Positions 53,449 to 63,281 of a stretch of DNA of 64,000 bases are shown one piece after another. The translations under genes were made by a program, and so were the position numbers. Every line of letters starts with the position of its first letter. Positions within the stretch are counted from its first letter, which is position 1. The stretch covers positions 7,936 through 71,935 of the forward strand of contig CADCJW010000004.1 in NCBI GenBank assembly GCA_902801845.1, given 5' to 3'. The notes beneath the pieces are model-generated. The model did not search any database. It had not been told where the DNA came from and was given only the letters and a program-made list of their open reading frames with translations. The stretch is from an uncultured Eubacteriales bacterium (lineage in GTDB: Bacteria > Bacillota > Clostridia > Christensenellales > CAG-138).

Positions 53449-54894
53449 ATGGATACTGTTCGCACAAGATTCGCCCCCAGCCCCACGGGGTTCATGCACC
53501 TGGGGAACCTGCGCTCGGGCCTCTACGCCTACCTGCAGGCCAAGCATAACGACGGCGTGTTCATCCTGCGCATCGAGGACACGGACCAGGCCCGCTACGT
53601 GGAGGGGGCCGTGGACGTGATCTACCGGATTTTGAAGGACATCGGCCTTGACTGGGACGAAGGCCCCGACATCGGCGGCGACTTCGGCCCCTACGTCCAG
53701 AGCGAGCGAAAGAGCATGTACCTGCCCTACGCCGAGGAGCTGGTGAAGAAGGGCAAGGCCTACTACTGCTTCTGCACCAAGGAGGAGCTGGAGGAGCGCA
53801 AGGCCGAGGCCGAGAAGGAGGGCAAGGTCTGGAAGTACGACAAGCGCTGCGCCTCCATCCCCTACGAGGAGGCCAGGAGGCGGGTGGAGGCCGGGGAGCC
53901 CTACGTGATTCGGCAGAACGTGCCGGAGACCGGTGAAGCCAGCTTCGACGACGTGCTCTACGGCCATATCCAGGTGAACTGCGCCGATCTCGAGGACATG
54001 ATCCTCATCAAGGCCGACGGCATGCCCACCTACAACTTCGCCAACGTGATCGACGACCACACCATGGGCATCACCCACGTCATGCGGGGCAACGAGTATC
54101 TGGCCAGCACCCCCAAATACAACCTCCTGTACGAGGCCTTCGGCTGGGAGAAGCCGGTGTACATCCACCTTTCCCAGATCATGAAGGACGCCCACCGGAA
54201 GCTCTCCAAGCGCTACGGCGACGCCTACTACGAGGACTTTTTGGCCAAAGGGTATCTCAAGGAGGCCATCTTGAACTATGTGGCTTTGCTGGGCTGGAAC
54301 CCCGGGGACGAGCGGGAGTTCTTCACCCTGCCGGAGCTGGTGGAGGCCTTCAGCATCGAGGGGCTTTCCAAGTCCCCGGCCATCTTCGACAACGACAAGC
54401 TGAACTGGATGAACGGCGAGTATATCCGCCGCCTGAGCCCGGAGGACTTCACCAGCCATGCCCGGCCCTTCTATGCGGCCGCCGGCATCGGCCATATGGA
54501 CGAAAGCATCCTCTGCCGCATCCTGCAGCAGCGGCTCCAGTTCTTTGGGGAGATCCCCGCCATGGTGGACTTTTTGACAGAGCTCCCCGATTACGACGTG
54601 GAGCTCTTCACCAACAAGAAGAGCAAGACCAACCCGGAGGTGGCCCGGGAGGTGCTGGACATGGTGATCCCCCTCCTCGAGTCCCTGCCAGACTGGGCGG
54701 AAAATACGGTCCATGACGCCCTCATGAACCTGGCGGCGGAGAAGGGCCTCAAGAACGGCACCCTCCTCTGGCCCGTGCGGATCGCCCTCGCGGGCAAGCA
54801 GGTGACCCCCGGCGGGGCCATCGAAATAGCCCTGCTGCTGGGCCGGGAGGAGAGCATGAAGCGCCTTCGGGCCGGAAGGGAGAAGTTAGCATGA
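53449..54894 (+). CDS. gltX: Glutamate-tRNA ligase
   Basis: RFAPSPTGFMHLGNLRS and KLSKRYG motifs. Confidence 0.95.
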   Translation: MDTVRTRFAPSPTGFMHLGNLRSGLYAYLQAKHNDGVFILRIEDTDQARYVEGAVDVIYRILKDIGLDWDEGPDIGGDFGPYVQSERKSMYLPYAEELVKKGKAYYCFCTKEELEERKAEAEKEGKVWKYDKRCASIPYEEARRRVEAGEPYVIRQNVPETGEASFDDVLYGHIQVNCADLEDMILIKADGMPTYNFANVIDDHTMGITHVMRGNEYLASTPKYNLLYEAFGWEKPVYIHLSQIMKDAHRKLSKRYGDAYYEDFLAKGYLKEAILNYVALLGWNPGDEREFFTLPELVEAFSIEGLSKSPAIFDNDKLNWMNGEYIRRLSPEDFTSHARPFYAAAGIGHMDESILCRILQQRLQFFGEIPAMVDFLTELPDYDVELFTNKKSKTNPEVAREVLDMVIPLLESLPDWAENTVHDALMNLAAEKGLKNGTLLWPVRIALAGKQVTPGGAIEIALLLGREESMKRLRAGREKLA

Positions 54895-55979
54895 AGCTGG
54901 GCGTGATCGGCCTCCCCAACGTGGGGAAGAGCACCCTTTTCAACGCCATCACCCAGGCCGGGGCCCAGGCCGCCAATTACCCCTTCTGCACCATCGAGCC
55001 CAACGTGGGCGTGGTGGCGGTGCCGGACAAGCGCCTCGACGTGCTGGCGGAGATGTATCACCCCGAGAAGTACACTCCCACCACCATCGAGTTCGTGGAC
55101 ATCGCGGGCCTGGTCCGGGGGGCCAGCCGGGGCGAGGGCCTGGGGAACAAGTTCCTCTCCCACATCCGGGAGGTGGACGCGGTGGTCCACGTGGTCCGCT
55201 GCTTCGAGGACGGGAACGTGGTCCACGTGGACGGCAGCATCGACCCGGTCCGGGACGCGGAGACCGTGAATCTGGAGCTGATCTTCGCGGACATGGACAC
55301 CCTCCAGAAGCGGATCGACAAGAACGCCCGCCTGGCCAAGGCCGACAAGAAGCTGGCGGCGGAGGGGGAGCTCTTAAAGCGCCTCTACGACCATCTGGAG
55401 AGCGGCCAGCCCGCCCGTACCTTTGCTGCGGACAAGGAGGAGCGGGAGGTCATCCATAGCTGTTTCCTGCTCACGGACAAGCCCGTGATCTACGTGGCGA
55501 ACATCGCCGAGGACGACATCGGCAACGAGGACAACGCCTACGTGAAGGCCCTCTACGGCGTGGCCCAGAAGGAGGGGGCGGGCTGCCTCACCATCTGCGC
55601 CCGTATCGAGGAGGAGATCGCGGAGCTGGAGCCCGCGGAGAAGCAGGAGTATCTGGAGGAGCTGGGCATCGAGGAATCCGGCCTCGACAAGCTCATCGCC
55701 ACCTGCTACGATCTCTTGGGCCTCATGAGCTTCCTCACCGCCGGGCCCAAGGAGGTTCGGGCCTGGACCATCCAGAAGGGCACCAAGGCCCCCCAGGCCG
55801 CCGGAAAGATCCACACGGACTTCGAGCGGGGCTTCATCCGGGCGGAGGTGGTCTCCTACGACGATCTCATCGCCAACGGCACCATGCAGGCCTGCAAGGA
55901 CAAGGGCCTCATCCGTTCCGAGGGCAAGGACTACGTCATGCGGGACGGAGACGTGGTCGTCTTTAGGTTCAACGTGTAA
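54891..55979 (+). CDS. ychF: Redox-regulated ribosome-binding ATPase YchF
   Basis: [16 protein letters not shown]-loop and a C-terminal TGS-like end [11 protein letters not shown]. It overlaps the gltX stop. Confidence 0.95.
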   Translation: MKLGVIGLPNVGKSTLFNAITQAGAQAANYPFCTIEPNVGVVAVPDKRLDVLAEMYHPEKYTPTTIEFVDIAGLVRGASRGEGLGNKFLSHIREVDAVVHVVRCFEDGNVVHVDGSIDPVRDAETVNLELIFADMDTLQKRIDKNARLAKADKKLAAEGELLKRLYDHLESGQPARTFAADKEEREVIHSCFLLTDKPVIYVANIAEDDIGNEDNAYVKALYGVAQKEGAGCLTICARIEEEIAELEPAEKQEYLEELGIEESGLDKLIATCYDLLGLMSFLTAGPKEVRAWTIQKGTKAPQAAGKIHTDFERGFIRAEVVSYDDLIANGTMQACKDKGLIRSEGKDYVMRDGDVVVFRFNV

Positions 55980-56003
55980 GAAAAAACCGACATCCATGAT
56001 CCA

Positions 56004-56038
56004 AGGGCGGGGCGCAAGCTCCGCCCTGTTCATCTTTT
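56004..56038 (+). terminator. Terminator-like hairpin after ychF
   Basis: AGGGCGG...CCGCCCT stem followed by GTTCATCTTTT. Confidence 0.5.
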
Positions 56039-56373
56039 GGGGATGTATATTTATGGCGAAAAAGTGTAAATTTATGCGGTCATAGAATATGCACACTTTA
56101 TCCGCATGTTGTTTACAATTCCATAAAACCCTGTTCAAAACCCCTTGTTACAATGCATATGGTGGTCAATTTGGGAAGGTATAAACATTCGTTTTAGGTC
56201 CCCATATATTGACCTTATCGGTGGAAAAGGCGCAAAATACGGCTTTCACACCCTCCTTTGTACAGAAAAATCGCAAGATTTCAGGAAATATTTTCCGCCC
56301 AAAAGAATGCGCATCCCCTAAAATCAGGCCCGATCCGCGGTGCATAGAGGGGATGGAACAAGGAGGAACATGC

Positions 56374-58239
56374 ATGGCTGCAAAAAAGAAAAAGCATAAG
56401 AAACGCAGGAGGCTGATCATCCACCCCAGGTTCTTCCTGGTGGTGGCCCTCCTGGTGTTGGCCCTGGGGGTCCTGATACTGCTCCTCGTCTCCCTCTTCT
56501 CCGGCAACCCCGCTCCGGAAGCCGGCGCCCCCATCCAGACCACCGAGGGGCAGAAGAAGGGGAGCATCTTCCAGATCTTTGCCAAGGAGACCCCCACGCC
56601 CACCCCCAGTCCCACGCCGACCCCCAGCCCCACGCCTACGCCGACCCCTACGCCCAAGCCCACGCCCCATTATGTGGACAACAGCAACCCCGGCCGCTAC
56701 GGCTATGTGCAGCATCTGGAGGTGAACGGGAAGGAAGCGGACGTGAGCGGGTACACCCGTTCGGAGGAGATCTCCTTTGGCGATAGCAGCGACTATGCCC
56801 AGGTCCCCGGCGTGCTCACCTTTAGGGGCAACAACTACCGGAACCTGTCCGCGGCAGAGGAGCTGAACCTCACCGAGTTCAAGATGACCCAGGCGGCCAA
56901 GGTGTCCATCGGCTCCCTGAAGAAGGGCAACCGCAGCGGCAAGGGCAGTTGGTCCGGCTGCGGCTGGACGGGACAGCCGTTGATCGTCCAGTGGTCCGAC
57001 GAGGTGAAGGCGGTGATGAACCTCTATGACTGGGCCAAGCAGAAGGCGAACCTGGTGGAGGTCATCTACCCCACGGAGGACGGCCACATTTACTTCCTGG
57101 ATCTGGAGACCGGGCAGAAGACCCGGGATGATCTGAACTTCAAGATGCCCTTCAAGGGCACCGGCTCCATCGACCCAAGGGGATTGCCCCTGTTGTACGT
57201 GGGCTCCGGCGACGAGTACGAGGAGGAGGACCAAAAGTCCCGGGCCATGATCATCTCCCTCATCGACGGCCGCAAGCTCTATGAGTTCGGCGTCCAGGGC
57301 CGGGACACCTTCGCAGTGCGCCAGTGGAACGCCTACGACAGCGCCCCCCTCATCGACGAGCAGACGGACACCCTCATCTGGCCCGCGGAGACGGGGATTT
57401 TGTACACCATGAAGCTGAACACGGTCTTCGACGCCCGGGGCGGCACCATCACGGTGAACCCCTCCAACATCGTCAAGCTCCGCTACGACAGCAACAACTC
57501 CTACGACAAGATCGACAAGGCGGATTCCTCCCACAAGTGGCTGGGCTACGAGGGCAGCGCCGCCGTCTGGAACGGCTTCATCTACCTGGCGTCCAACGAC
57601 GGCCTCTTCCAGTGCATCGATCTTAACACCATGCAGATCAAGTGGATCGCCGACACCAAGGACGACACCAACGCCTCCCCGGTGCTGGACGTGATCTCGG
57701 AGACGGAAGCCTATCTCTACGTGGGCACCTCCCTCCACTTCACCCAGGACTCCGCCCACAAGGGCGTGACCCCCTTCTTCAAGATCAATGCCATGACCGG
57801 CGAGATCGTGGGCCAGTACCAGCTGACGGTGGAGACGGTCTCCGGCGTGTCCGGCGGCATCCAGGCCACGGCGGCGGTGGGGCAGAACAACCTGAGCGAT
57901 CTGGTCTTCGTCCCCTTCGCCCGCTACAACGGCAAGGACAAGGGCGTCCTGGTGGCCCTCTATAAGGACACCATGGAGCCGGCCTGGTCCATGCCCATGG
58001 AGCACTACGCCTGGTCGTCCCCGGCCATCTTCTACAACAGCAAGGGGGACGGATACCTGATCCAGGCGGACAGCGGCGGGGACATCTTCCTCATCGACGG
58101 CCGCACGGGCCGGCAGCTGGACAAGATCAGCCCCACCAAGAACGGCAGCAACTTCGAGGCCTCTCCGGCCCTCTTCGGCAACATGCTGGTCATCGGCAGC
58201 CGGGGGGACCAGACCATCTTCTTCATCCGCTTGTCATAA
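56374..58239 (+). CDS. Membrane-anchored PQQ-like beta-propeller repeat protein with Pro/Thr linker
   Basis: ATG 56374 lies 6 nt after AGGAGGA. Basic N-terminus plus a TM helix and a TPTPTPSPTPTPSPTPTPTPTPKPTP linker. The C-terminal part has repeated ...G.IY.....G.L.C.D..TG...W-type blades. Confidence 0.6.
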   Translation: MAAKKKKHKKRRRLIIHPRFFLVVALLVLALGVLILLLVSLFSGNPAPEAGAPIQTTEGQKKGSIFQIFAKETPTPTPSPTPTPSPTPTPTPTPKPTPHYVDNSNPGRYGYVQHLEVNGKEADVSGYTRSEEISFGDSSDYAQVPGVLTFRGNNYRNLSAAEELNLTEFKMTQAAKVSIGSLKKGNRSGKGSWSGCGWTGQPLIVQWSDEVKAVMNLYDWAKQKANLVEVIYPTEDGHIYFLDLETGQKTRDDLNFKMPFKGTGSIDPRGLPLLYVGSGDEYEEEDQKSRAMIISLIDGRKLYEFGVQGRDTFAVRQWNAYDSAPLIDEQTDTLIWPAETGILYTMKLNTVFDARGGTITVNPSNIVKLRYDSNNSYDKIDKADSSHKWLGYEGSAAVWNGFIYLASNDGLFQCIDLNTMQIKWIADTKDDTNASPVLDVISETEAYLYVGTSLHFTQDSAHKGVTPFFKINAMTGEIVGQYQLTVETVSGVSGGIQATAAVGQNNLSDLVFVPFARYNGKDKGVLVALYKDTMEPAWSMPMEHYAWSSPAIFYNSKGDGYLIQADSGGDIFLIDGRTGRQLDKISPTKNGSNFEASPALFGNMLVIGSRGDQTIFFIRLS

Positions 58240-58303
58240 GGGACTGCCGATAAAGGCGCCAGAACATTTGCGGCGAGATGATGTATTCAGAAAGGATCAA
58301 GGA

Positions 58304-58339
58304 AGAAAGGGCGCAAAAACGCCCTTTCTTTTTATTTTT
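58304..58339 (+). terminator. Rho-independent terminator
   Basis: AGAAAGGGCG-CAAAAA-CGCCCTTTCT followed by TTTTATTTTT. Confidence 0.75.
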
Positions 58340-58516
58340 CGCCGCAAATTAGCCGCGTTTTCGACCTCTCGCGGTACGTAGTACAGCTTCGGGTCGAAGA
58401 ACGCGGCTTCTGCCACCTTTCTTGGCAACCCAAGTTGTAAAGCTACGGCGCTTTTTCTCGGCTTGAAACGGGGGGACAACTGTGGTATAACGAAAAAAAC
58501 GGCAGGGAGGGCGCCT

Positions 58517-58969
58517 ATGATCCGTCTGGTGGAGATCGACGAAAGGAACTATTTTCGCGTTCGGCAGCTGAAGGTGGGGGAGGACCAGCGGCGCTTTTTG
58601 GACAGTCCCTTGGGCATCCTGGCCCGGGGGTATGTGTACCGGGCGCAGCGGGCCCGGGTCCTGGCCGCGGAGAAGGACGGGGAGATCGTAGGCTTGATGC
58701 TGGTGAAGGACATGGACGAGGAGCCCGCCTGCTACGACCTGCAGCAGTTCATGATCGACGGCCGTTTTCAGGGGCGGGGCTACGGGGCGGCGGCCCTGGG
58801 GCTTTTGCTGGAGCTGTTGCGACAGGAGAAAAAGTATGACGACGCGGAGGTCTGCGTCCATCGGGAGAACGCCGCGGCGCTGGCTCTCTTTACGGGGGCG
58901 GGCTTTGTGGACACCGGCTACGTGGACCCGGACGCGCCGGACTGCCTGAATTTGATGCTTCGCCTGTAA
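58517..58969 (+). CDS. GNAT-family N-acetyltransferase
   Basis: FMIDGRFQGRGYGAAALGLLLELL motif A. GGGAGG lies upstream of ATG 58517. Confidence 0.8.
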   Translation: MIRLVEIDERNYFRVRQLKVGEDQRRFLDSPLGILARGYVYRAQRARVLAAEKDGEIVGLMLVKDMDEEPACYDLQQFMIDGRFQGRGYGAAALGLLLELLRQEKKYDDAEVCVHRENAAALALFTGAGFVDTGYVDPDAPDCLNLMLRL

Positions 58970-59012
58970 ACCCATGATACACGCGCTCCGTGCAAGCGGG
59001 GCGCTTTTTTTC

Positions 59013-59041
59013 TTGCGGCGGGCGATGCCCTATGGTATGAT
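59013..59041 (+). promoter_or_regulatory. Candidate promoter of the DUF1385-prmC-prfA operon: TTGCGG-17 nt-TGgTATGAT
   Basis: Read directly. It follows the terminator-like hairpin GCGCTCCG...CGGGGCGC-T7 at 58983-59011. Confidence 0.5.
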
Positions 59042-59092
59042 ATCCTTAAATCAGTATGCCCCGGCGGACGTGGCCGGGGGGAAGGAGCGCCT

Positions 59093-60148
59093 ATGAAGAG
59101 ATGCGCCGTGGGCGGCCAGGCCGTCATGGAGGGGGTCATGATGAAGAACCCCCAGAACGGTACCGCCCTGGCCGTGCGCCAAAGCGACGGCACCATCGTC
59201 ACCGAATACTATCAAAACAAGCACCAGCATAAGAAGGGGACCTTCCCCACCTGGCCCGTGGTCCGGGGGGTCTACGCCTTCGTGGAGGCCCTGGTGGGCG
59301 GCATGAAGATCACCACCCGCAGCGCGGAGCTGCTGGGGGAGGACGTGACCGAGGAGCCCACCAAGTTCGAGAAGTGGCTCTCTAAGAAGCTGGGCAAGTC
59401 CGCCGGGGACATGGCCATGACCGTGGCGGTGATCCTGGCGGCTGCTTTGGCCGTGGGCCTGTTCGTGGTGCTCCCGTCCCTGGTGGTGAGCTTTTTCGGC
59501 ATCGAAAGCGGCTTCGTGGTGAGCCTGCTGGAGGGGGTGACCCGGCTTCTCATCTTCCTGGGATATATGCTGGCCATCTCCCGGATCAAGGACATCCGCC
59601 GGGTGTTCATGTACCACGGGGCGGAGCACAAGACCATCGCCTGCTACGAGGCGGAGGGGGAGATGACCCCGGAGAACATCCTGAGATACACCCGGTTCCA
59701 TCCCCGGTGCGGCACCAACTACCTGTTTTTGGTCATGATGGTGTCCATCCTCTTCTTCGCCTGCATCCCGGTCCGCTCCTTCTTGCCCCGGGTGTTGACC
59801 CGATTGCTGTTCATCCCCCTGGTGGCGGGGCTCGCCTACGAGGTTTTGAAGGCGGCGGCCGCCTCCGACGGGTGGCTGGCCCGGGCGGTCCGGGCCCCGG
59901 GCCTCGCCTTGCAGAACATCACCACCGCCGAGCCTACGGCGGACATGGTGGAGGTGGCTCTGGCGGCCTTCAACCTGGCCATGGACCCGCCGGATCATGA
60001 CGTGCGGGCACAGACCCCTTCCCCCCGGGTTGCGAGTGAGCCCCCTCATCCGTCACCTACGGCGCCACCTTCCCCCCAGGGGGAAGGCGTTGTTGAGCGC
60101 TCCGACCAAGATGAGTGCGAGCCCTCCCATGACGATGACCCGGCGTGA
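59093..60148 (+). CDS. DUF1385-family membrane protein (YqhQ-like) with Pro-rich acidic C-terminal extension
   Basis: VGGQAVMEGVMMK...YHGAEHKTI...RFHPRCGTNF-like signature. The position upstream of prmC-prfA is conserved. Confidence 0.8.
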   Translation: MKRCAVGGQAVMEGVMMKNPQNGTALAVRQSDGTIVTEYYQNKHQHKKGTFPTWPVVRGVYAFVEALVGGMKITTRSAELLGEDVTEEPTKFEKWLSKKLGKSAGDMAMTVAVILAAALAVGLFVVLPSLVVSFFGIESGFVVSLLEGVTRLLIFLGYMLAISRIKDIRRVFMYHGAEHKTIACYEAEGEMTPENILRYTRFHPRCGTNYLFLVMMVSILFFACIPVRSFLPRVLTRLLFIPLVAGLAYEVLKAAAASDGWLARAVRAPGLALQNITTAEPTADMVEVALAAFNLAMDPPDHDVRAQTPSPRVASEPPHPSPTAPPSPQGEGVVERSDQDECEPSHDDDPA

Positions 60149-60884
60149 GCTCAGGGACGCCCTGCGTCCGGCGGCGGGGGAGGAGGCTGAGCTGGAGGCG
60201 AAGTTTTTGCTGGAAGCTTCCGCGGACGAAGCCTGGCTCGCGGAGGCTGTGCAGCGGCGGCTTGCCGGCGAGCCCCTCCAGTACATCCTGGGGGAATGGG
60301 AGTTCATGGGCCTGCCCTTCGACCTGGGGCGGTCGGCCCTGATCCCCCGGCAGGACACGGAGACCCTGTGCGAAACGGCCCTCTGCTGGCTGAAAAACCG
60401 GCCCGGGGCGAAGGTTTTGGACCTGTGCTGCGGGACGGGCTGCATCGGCGTGAGCCTTTTTACGCTTGGAGGGGCGAAGGTGGACTTTGCGGACGTTTCG
60501 CCGGAGGCGCTGGCGTTGGCGAAGCGGAACGCGAAAAGGAACGGCGTGGACGGGGCCTTTTTTGAAAGCGACCTGTTCGACCGGGTGCCGGGGGCCTATG
60601 ACCTCATCGCCTGCAACCCGCCCTATCTTACCGGGGCGGAGCTGGCGGGCTGTCAACGGGAGCTGACCTTCGAGCCTGCGCTGGCCCTCTATGGGGGCGA
60701 GGACGGGTTGGACTTTTACCGGCGGCTGGCGGCGGAATGGGAGAAGCATGTGCGCCCCGGAGGGCTGCTGCTCCTGGAGATCGGCCACACCCAGGGGGCG
60801 GCGGTCCGGGGGCTGTTCCCCGGAGCGAGGATCGTGAAGGATGTGGGGGGCCTGGATCGGGTCGCCTGTGTGGAGAGGATATGA
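60129..60884 (+). CDS. prmC: Release-factor glutamine N5-methyltransferase
   Basis: [26 protein letters not shown] and the catalytic NPPY (IACNPPYL). The start is ambiguous (ATG 60111, 60129 or 60135). Confidence 0.85.
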   Translation: MTMTRRELRDALRPAAGEEAELEAKFLLEASADEAWLAEAVQRRLAGEPLQYILGEWEFMGLPFDLGRSALIPRQDTETLCETALCWLKNRPGAKVLDLCCGTGCIGVSLFTLGGAKVDFADVSPEALALAKRNAKRNGVDGAFFESDLFDRVPGAYDLIACNPPYLTGAELAGCQRELTFEPALALYGGEDGLDFYRRLAAEWEKHVRPGGLLLLEIGHTQGAAVRGLFPGARIVKDVGGLDRVACVERI

Positions 60885-61948
60885 GAGAGAAGCTGAACAA
60901 ACTGAAGGCACGGTACGAGGAGCTGGGACGGCTGCTGTCCTCCCCGGACGCCATGGGGGACATGGCCGCCTGGAAGGAGATGAACCGGGAGCGGGTCCAG
61001 CTCGAGGAGATCGTGGCGGTCATCGACCGGTACGAACGGAATCTTTCCGAGCAGGCGGACTGCCGGGAGATGCTCAACGAGCATCTGGAGCCGGACATGA
61101 AGGAGCTGACCCAAAGCGAGCTGGAGGAGTTGAAGGCCGCCGAGGAGCAGCTCACGGAGGAGCTGAAGCTGTTGCTCCTCCCCAAGGACCCCAACGACGA
61201 CAAGGACGTGATCCTGGAGATCCGGGCCGGCACCGGCGGGGAGGAGGCCTCCCTCTTCGGCGGGGACCTGCTCAGGATGTACCAGCGGTACGCCGAGCGG
61301 CACCGGTACGCCATGGAGTTCGTGGAGGACAACCGGACCGAGATGGGCGGCGTCAAGGAGGTGGTCCTCACCGTCTCCGGCAGGGGGGCCTATTCCCGGC
61401 TGAAGTTCGAAAGCGGGGTCCATCGGGTCCAGCGGGTGCCGGAGACCGAAAGCCAGGGCCGCATCCACACCAGCGCCGCCACCGTGGCGGTCATGCCCCA
61501 GGTGGACGAGGTCCAGGTGGAGATCAAGGACTCCGACATCCAGATCGACACCTATCGCAGCAGCGGCGCCGGGGGCCAGCACGTGAACAAGACCTCCTCC
61601 GCCATCCGCATCACCCACATCCCCACGGGGATCGTGGTGGCCTGCCAGGACGAGCGAAGCCAGTACAAGAATAAAGACAAGGCCATGCAGGTCCTGCGCT
61701 CCCGCATCTACGACCTCTACCAGTCCAAGCAGGACGCCGCCGTGTCCAGCGCGAGAAAGAGCATGGTGGGATCCGGGGATCGGAGCGAGCGGATACGGAC
61801 CTATAACTTCCCCCAGAACCGGGTCACGGACCATCGGATCAACCTGACCCTCTACAAGCTGGAACAGGTCATGGACGGGGACATGGACGAGCTCATCGAC
61901 GCCCTGATCCTGGCGGAGCGGACGCGGCAGCTGTCCGGGGAAGAATGA
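60881..61948 (+). CDS. prfA: Peptide chain release factor 1
   Basis: GGQ motif [11 protein letters not shown] and the RF1-type P-x-T tripeptide ([14 protein letters not shown]). ATGA overlap with prmC. Confidence 0.95.
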   Translation: MREKLNKLKARYEELGRLLSSPDAMGDMAAWKEMNRERVQLEEIVAVIDRYERNLSEQADCREMLNEHLEPDMKELTQSELEELKAAEEQLTEELKLLLLPKDPNDDKDVILEIRAGTGGEEASLFGGDLLRMYQRYAERHRYAMEFVEDNRTEMGGVKEVVLTVSGRGAYSRLKFESGVHRVQRVPETESQGRIHTSAATVAVMPQVDEVQVEIKDSDIQIDTYRSSGAGGQHVNKTSSAIRITHIPTGIVVACQDERSQYKNKDKAMQVLRSRIYDLYQSKQDAAVSSARKSMVGSGDRSERIRTYNFPQNRVTDHRINLTLYKLEQVMDGDMDELIDALILAERTRQLSGEE

Positions 61949-61991
61949 CAAAGCGTCGTCGGCGCGATACGGAAAGGGAAGGGGAGCAAGC

Positions 61992-63281
61992 GTGAAGAAG
62001 ATTTGGAGATTCCTGGGGTCCATGGGCTTCGCCATCGGGTTGCTGGTGGTGCTGGCGGCCGCCTGCGTGGGGGCAAGCTTCGTGACCCAGGGGCAGAGCG
62101 CCGCCTGGTACGAGCAGGTCTACGGCGCCGGGGCGGCCCGGCTGATCCTGGGGACGGGCCTGGACGACGCGTTCCACAGCTGGTGGTTTTTGACGCTGAC
62201 CGCCTTCCTCTGCGGGAATCTGCTTTTGTGCAATTTGACCCGGCTCAAGCCCCTCATCGCCCGCACCCGGCGGGAGGCGGACCCGGCGGCGGCCCTGGCC
62301 GGCCCCTGTGACCGGTCCGCGGAGGGGGTGGCCGACCCCTTGCCCCTGTTCGAGCGGCTGCGGCTGCCGAAGCCCAAGGCATGCGAGGTCGAGGGGCGAA
62401 GGGTCCTGTTCTCCGGAAAGAACCGGCTGGGGCTGTGGGGGCCCTGGGTATGCCATCTGGGGATACTGCTGCTGATCCTGGGGTTCACCTTGGGGCAGCT
62501 CACCCACCGGGAGTGGACGGTCTACGGGGTCCCCGGGGACACCAAGCCCATCGGGGACACGGGGTACTTCCTCACCATCGACGATTTTGAGGTGCGGCTC
62601 CGGGAGGACGACACCGTCTCCCAGTACGTGGCGGGGGTCACCGTCTTTCGCGATCCGCAGGGGTCCACCACCGTTCCGGACAGCCTGAGCGCCACCGTGT
62701 CCGTGAATCATCCGGCAAGGCTCTATGGGTTCAAGGTCTACCAAAACTCCACGGGGTACGCCGCCCGGGTGAGCGTGGACGAGGCGGGGACGCCGCTGCA
62801 GACCCAGGTCGTCTGTGCCGGGGAGGGGATCGAGATCGCCGACGCCCCGGGGCTCAGGGTCTTTTTGAACGCCTTTTATCCCGACTTCTATCTGGAGCCC
62901 GGGGTGGGGCCCAGGACCCTTTCCGGACGGATGAACAACCCGGCCTACCTCTATTCCATCACCTATGAGGATCGGATGGTGGGCATGAACTATTGGCAGG
63001 AGGCGGACGGGCCCATCACGGTCAACGACTATTCCATCACCTTCTCGGAGCCCCAAAGCTATACGCTCCTGCAGGTGAAGGCGGATCGGTTCCAGGGCCT
63101 GGCCCTCCTGGGCGGGCTCATCACCATGCTGGGGCTGCTGCTCGCCTTCTATCTGCTGCCGGTCCGGGCCTGGGCCCTGCAGCAGGAGGACGGGAGCTGG
63201 ACCGTTTTCGGCCAAAGCCGCAAGGGCGGGGCCCTGTTTAGGGAAAGCTTCGATCGGGCCGTGAAAGGAGAAAAACTATGA
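61992..63281 (+). CDS. resB: Cytochrome c biogenesis protein ResB/Ccs1 (System II)
   Basis: GTG start. N-terminal MKKIWRFLGSMGFAIGLLVVLAAACVGASFV, a large extracytoplasmic domain and a C-terminal TM helix. Confidence 0.75.
   Translation: MKKIWRFLGSMGFAIGLLVVLAAACVGASFVTQGQSAAWYEQVYGAGAARLILGTGLDDAFHSWWFLTLTAFLCGNLLLCNLTRLKPLIARTRREADPAAALAGPCDRSAEGVADPLPLFERLRLPKPKACEVEGRRVLFSGKNRLGLWGPWVCHLGILLLILGFTLGQLTHREWTVYGVPGDTKPIGDTGYFLTIDDFEVRLREDDTVSQYVAGVTVFRDPQGSTTVPDSLSATVSVNHPARLYGFKVYQNSTGYAARVSVDEAGTPLQTQVVCAGEGIEIADAPGLRVFLNAFYPDFYLEPGVGPRTLSGRMNNPAYLYSITYEDRMVGMNYWQEADGPITVNDYSITFSEPQSYTLLQVKADRFQGLALLGGLITMLGLLLAFYLLPVRAWALQQEDGSWTVFGQSRKGGALFRESFDRAVKGEKL

Noticed and set aside
60881-61948. 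Checked for a programmed +1 frameshift site, as in prfB.
   Set aside because: The gene is RF1 (P-x-T type, uninterrupted ORF from the ATGA-coupled start), not RF2. No internal in-frame stop or SD-like frameshift cassette is present.
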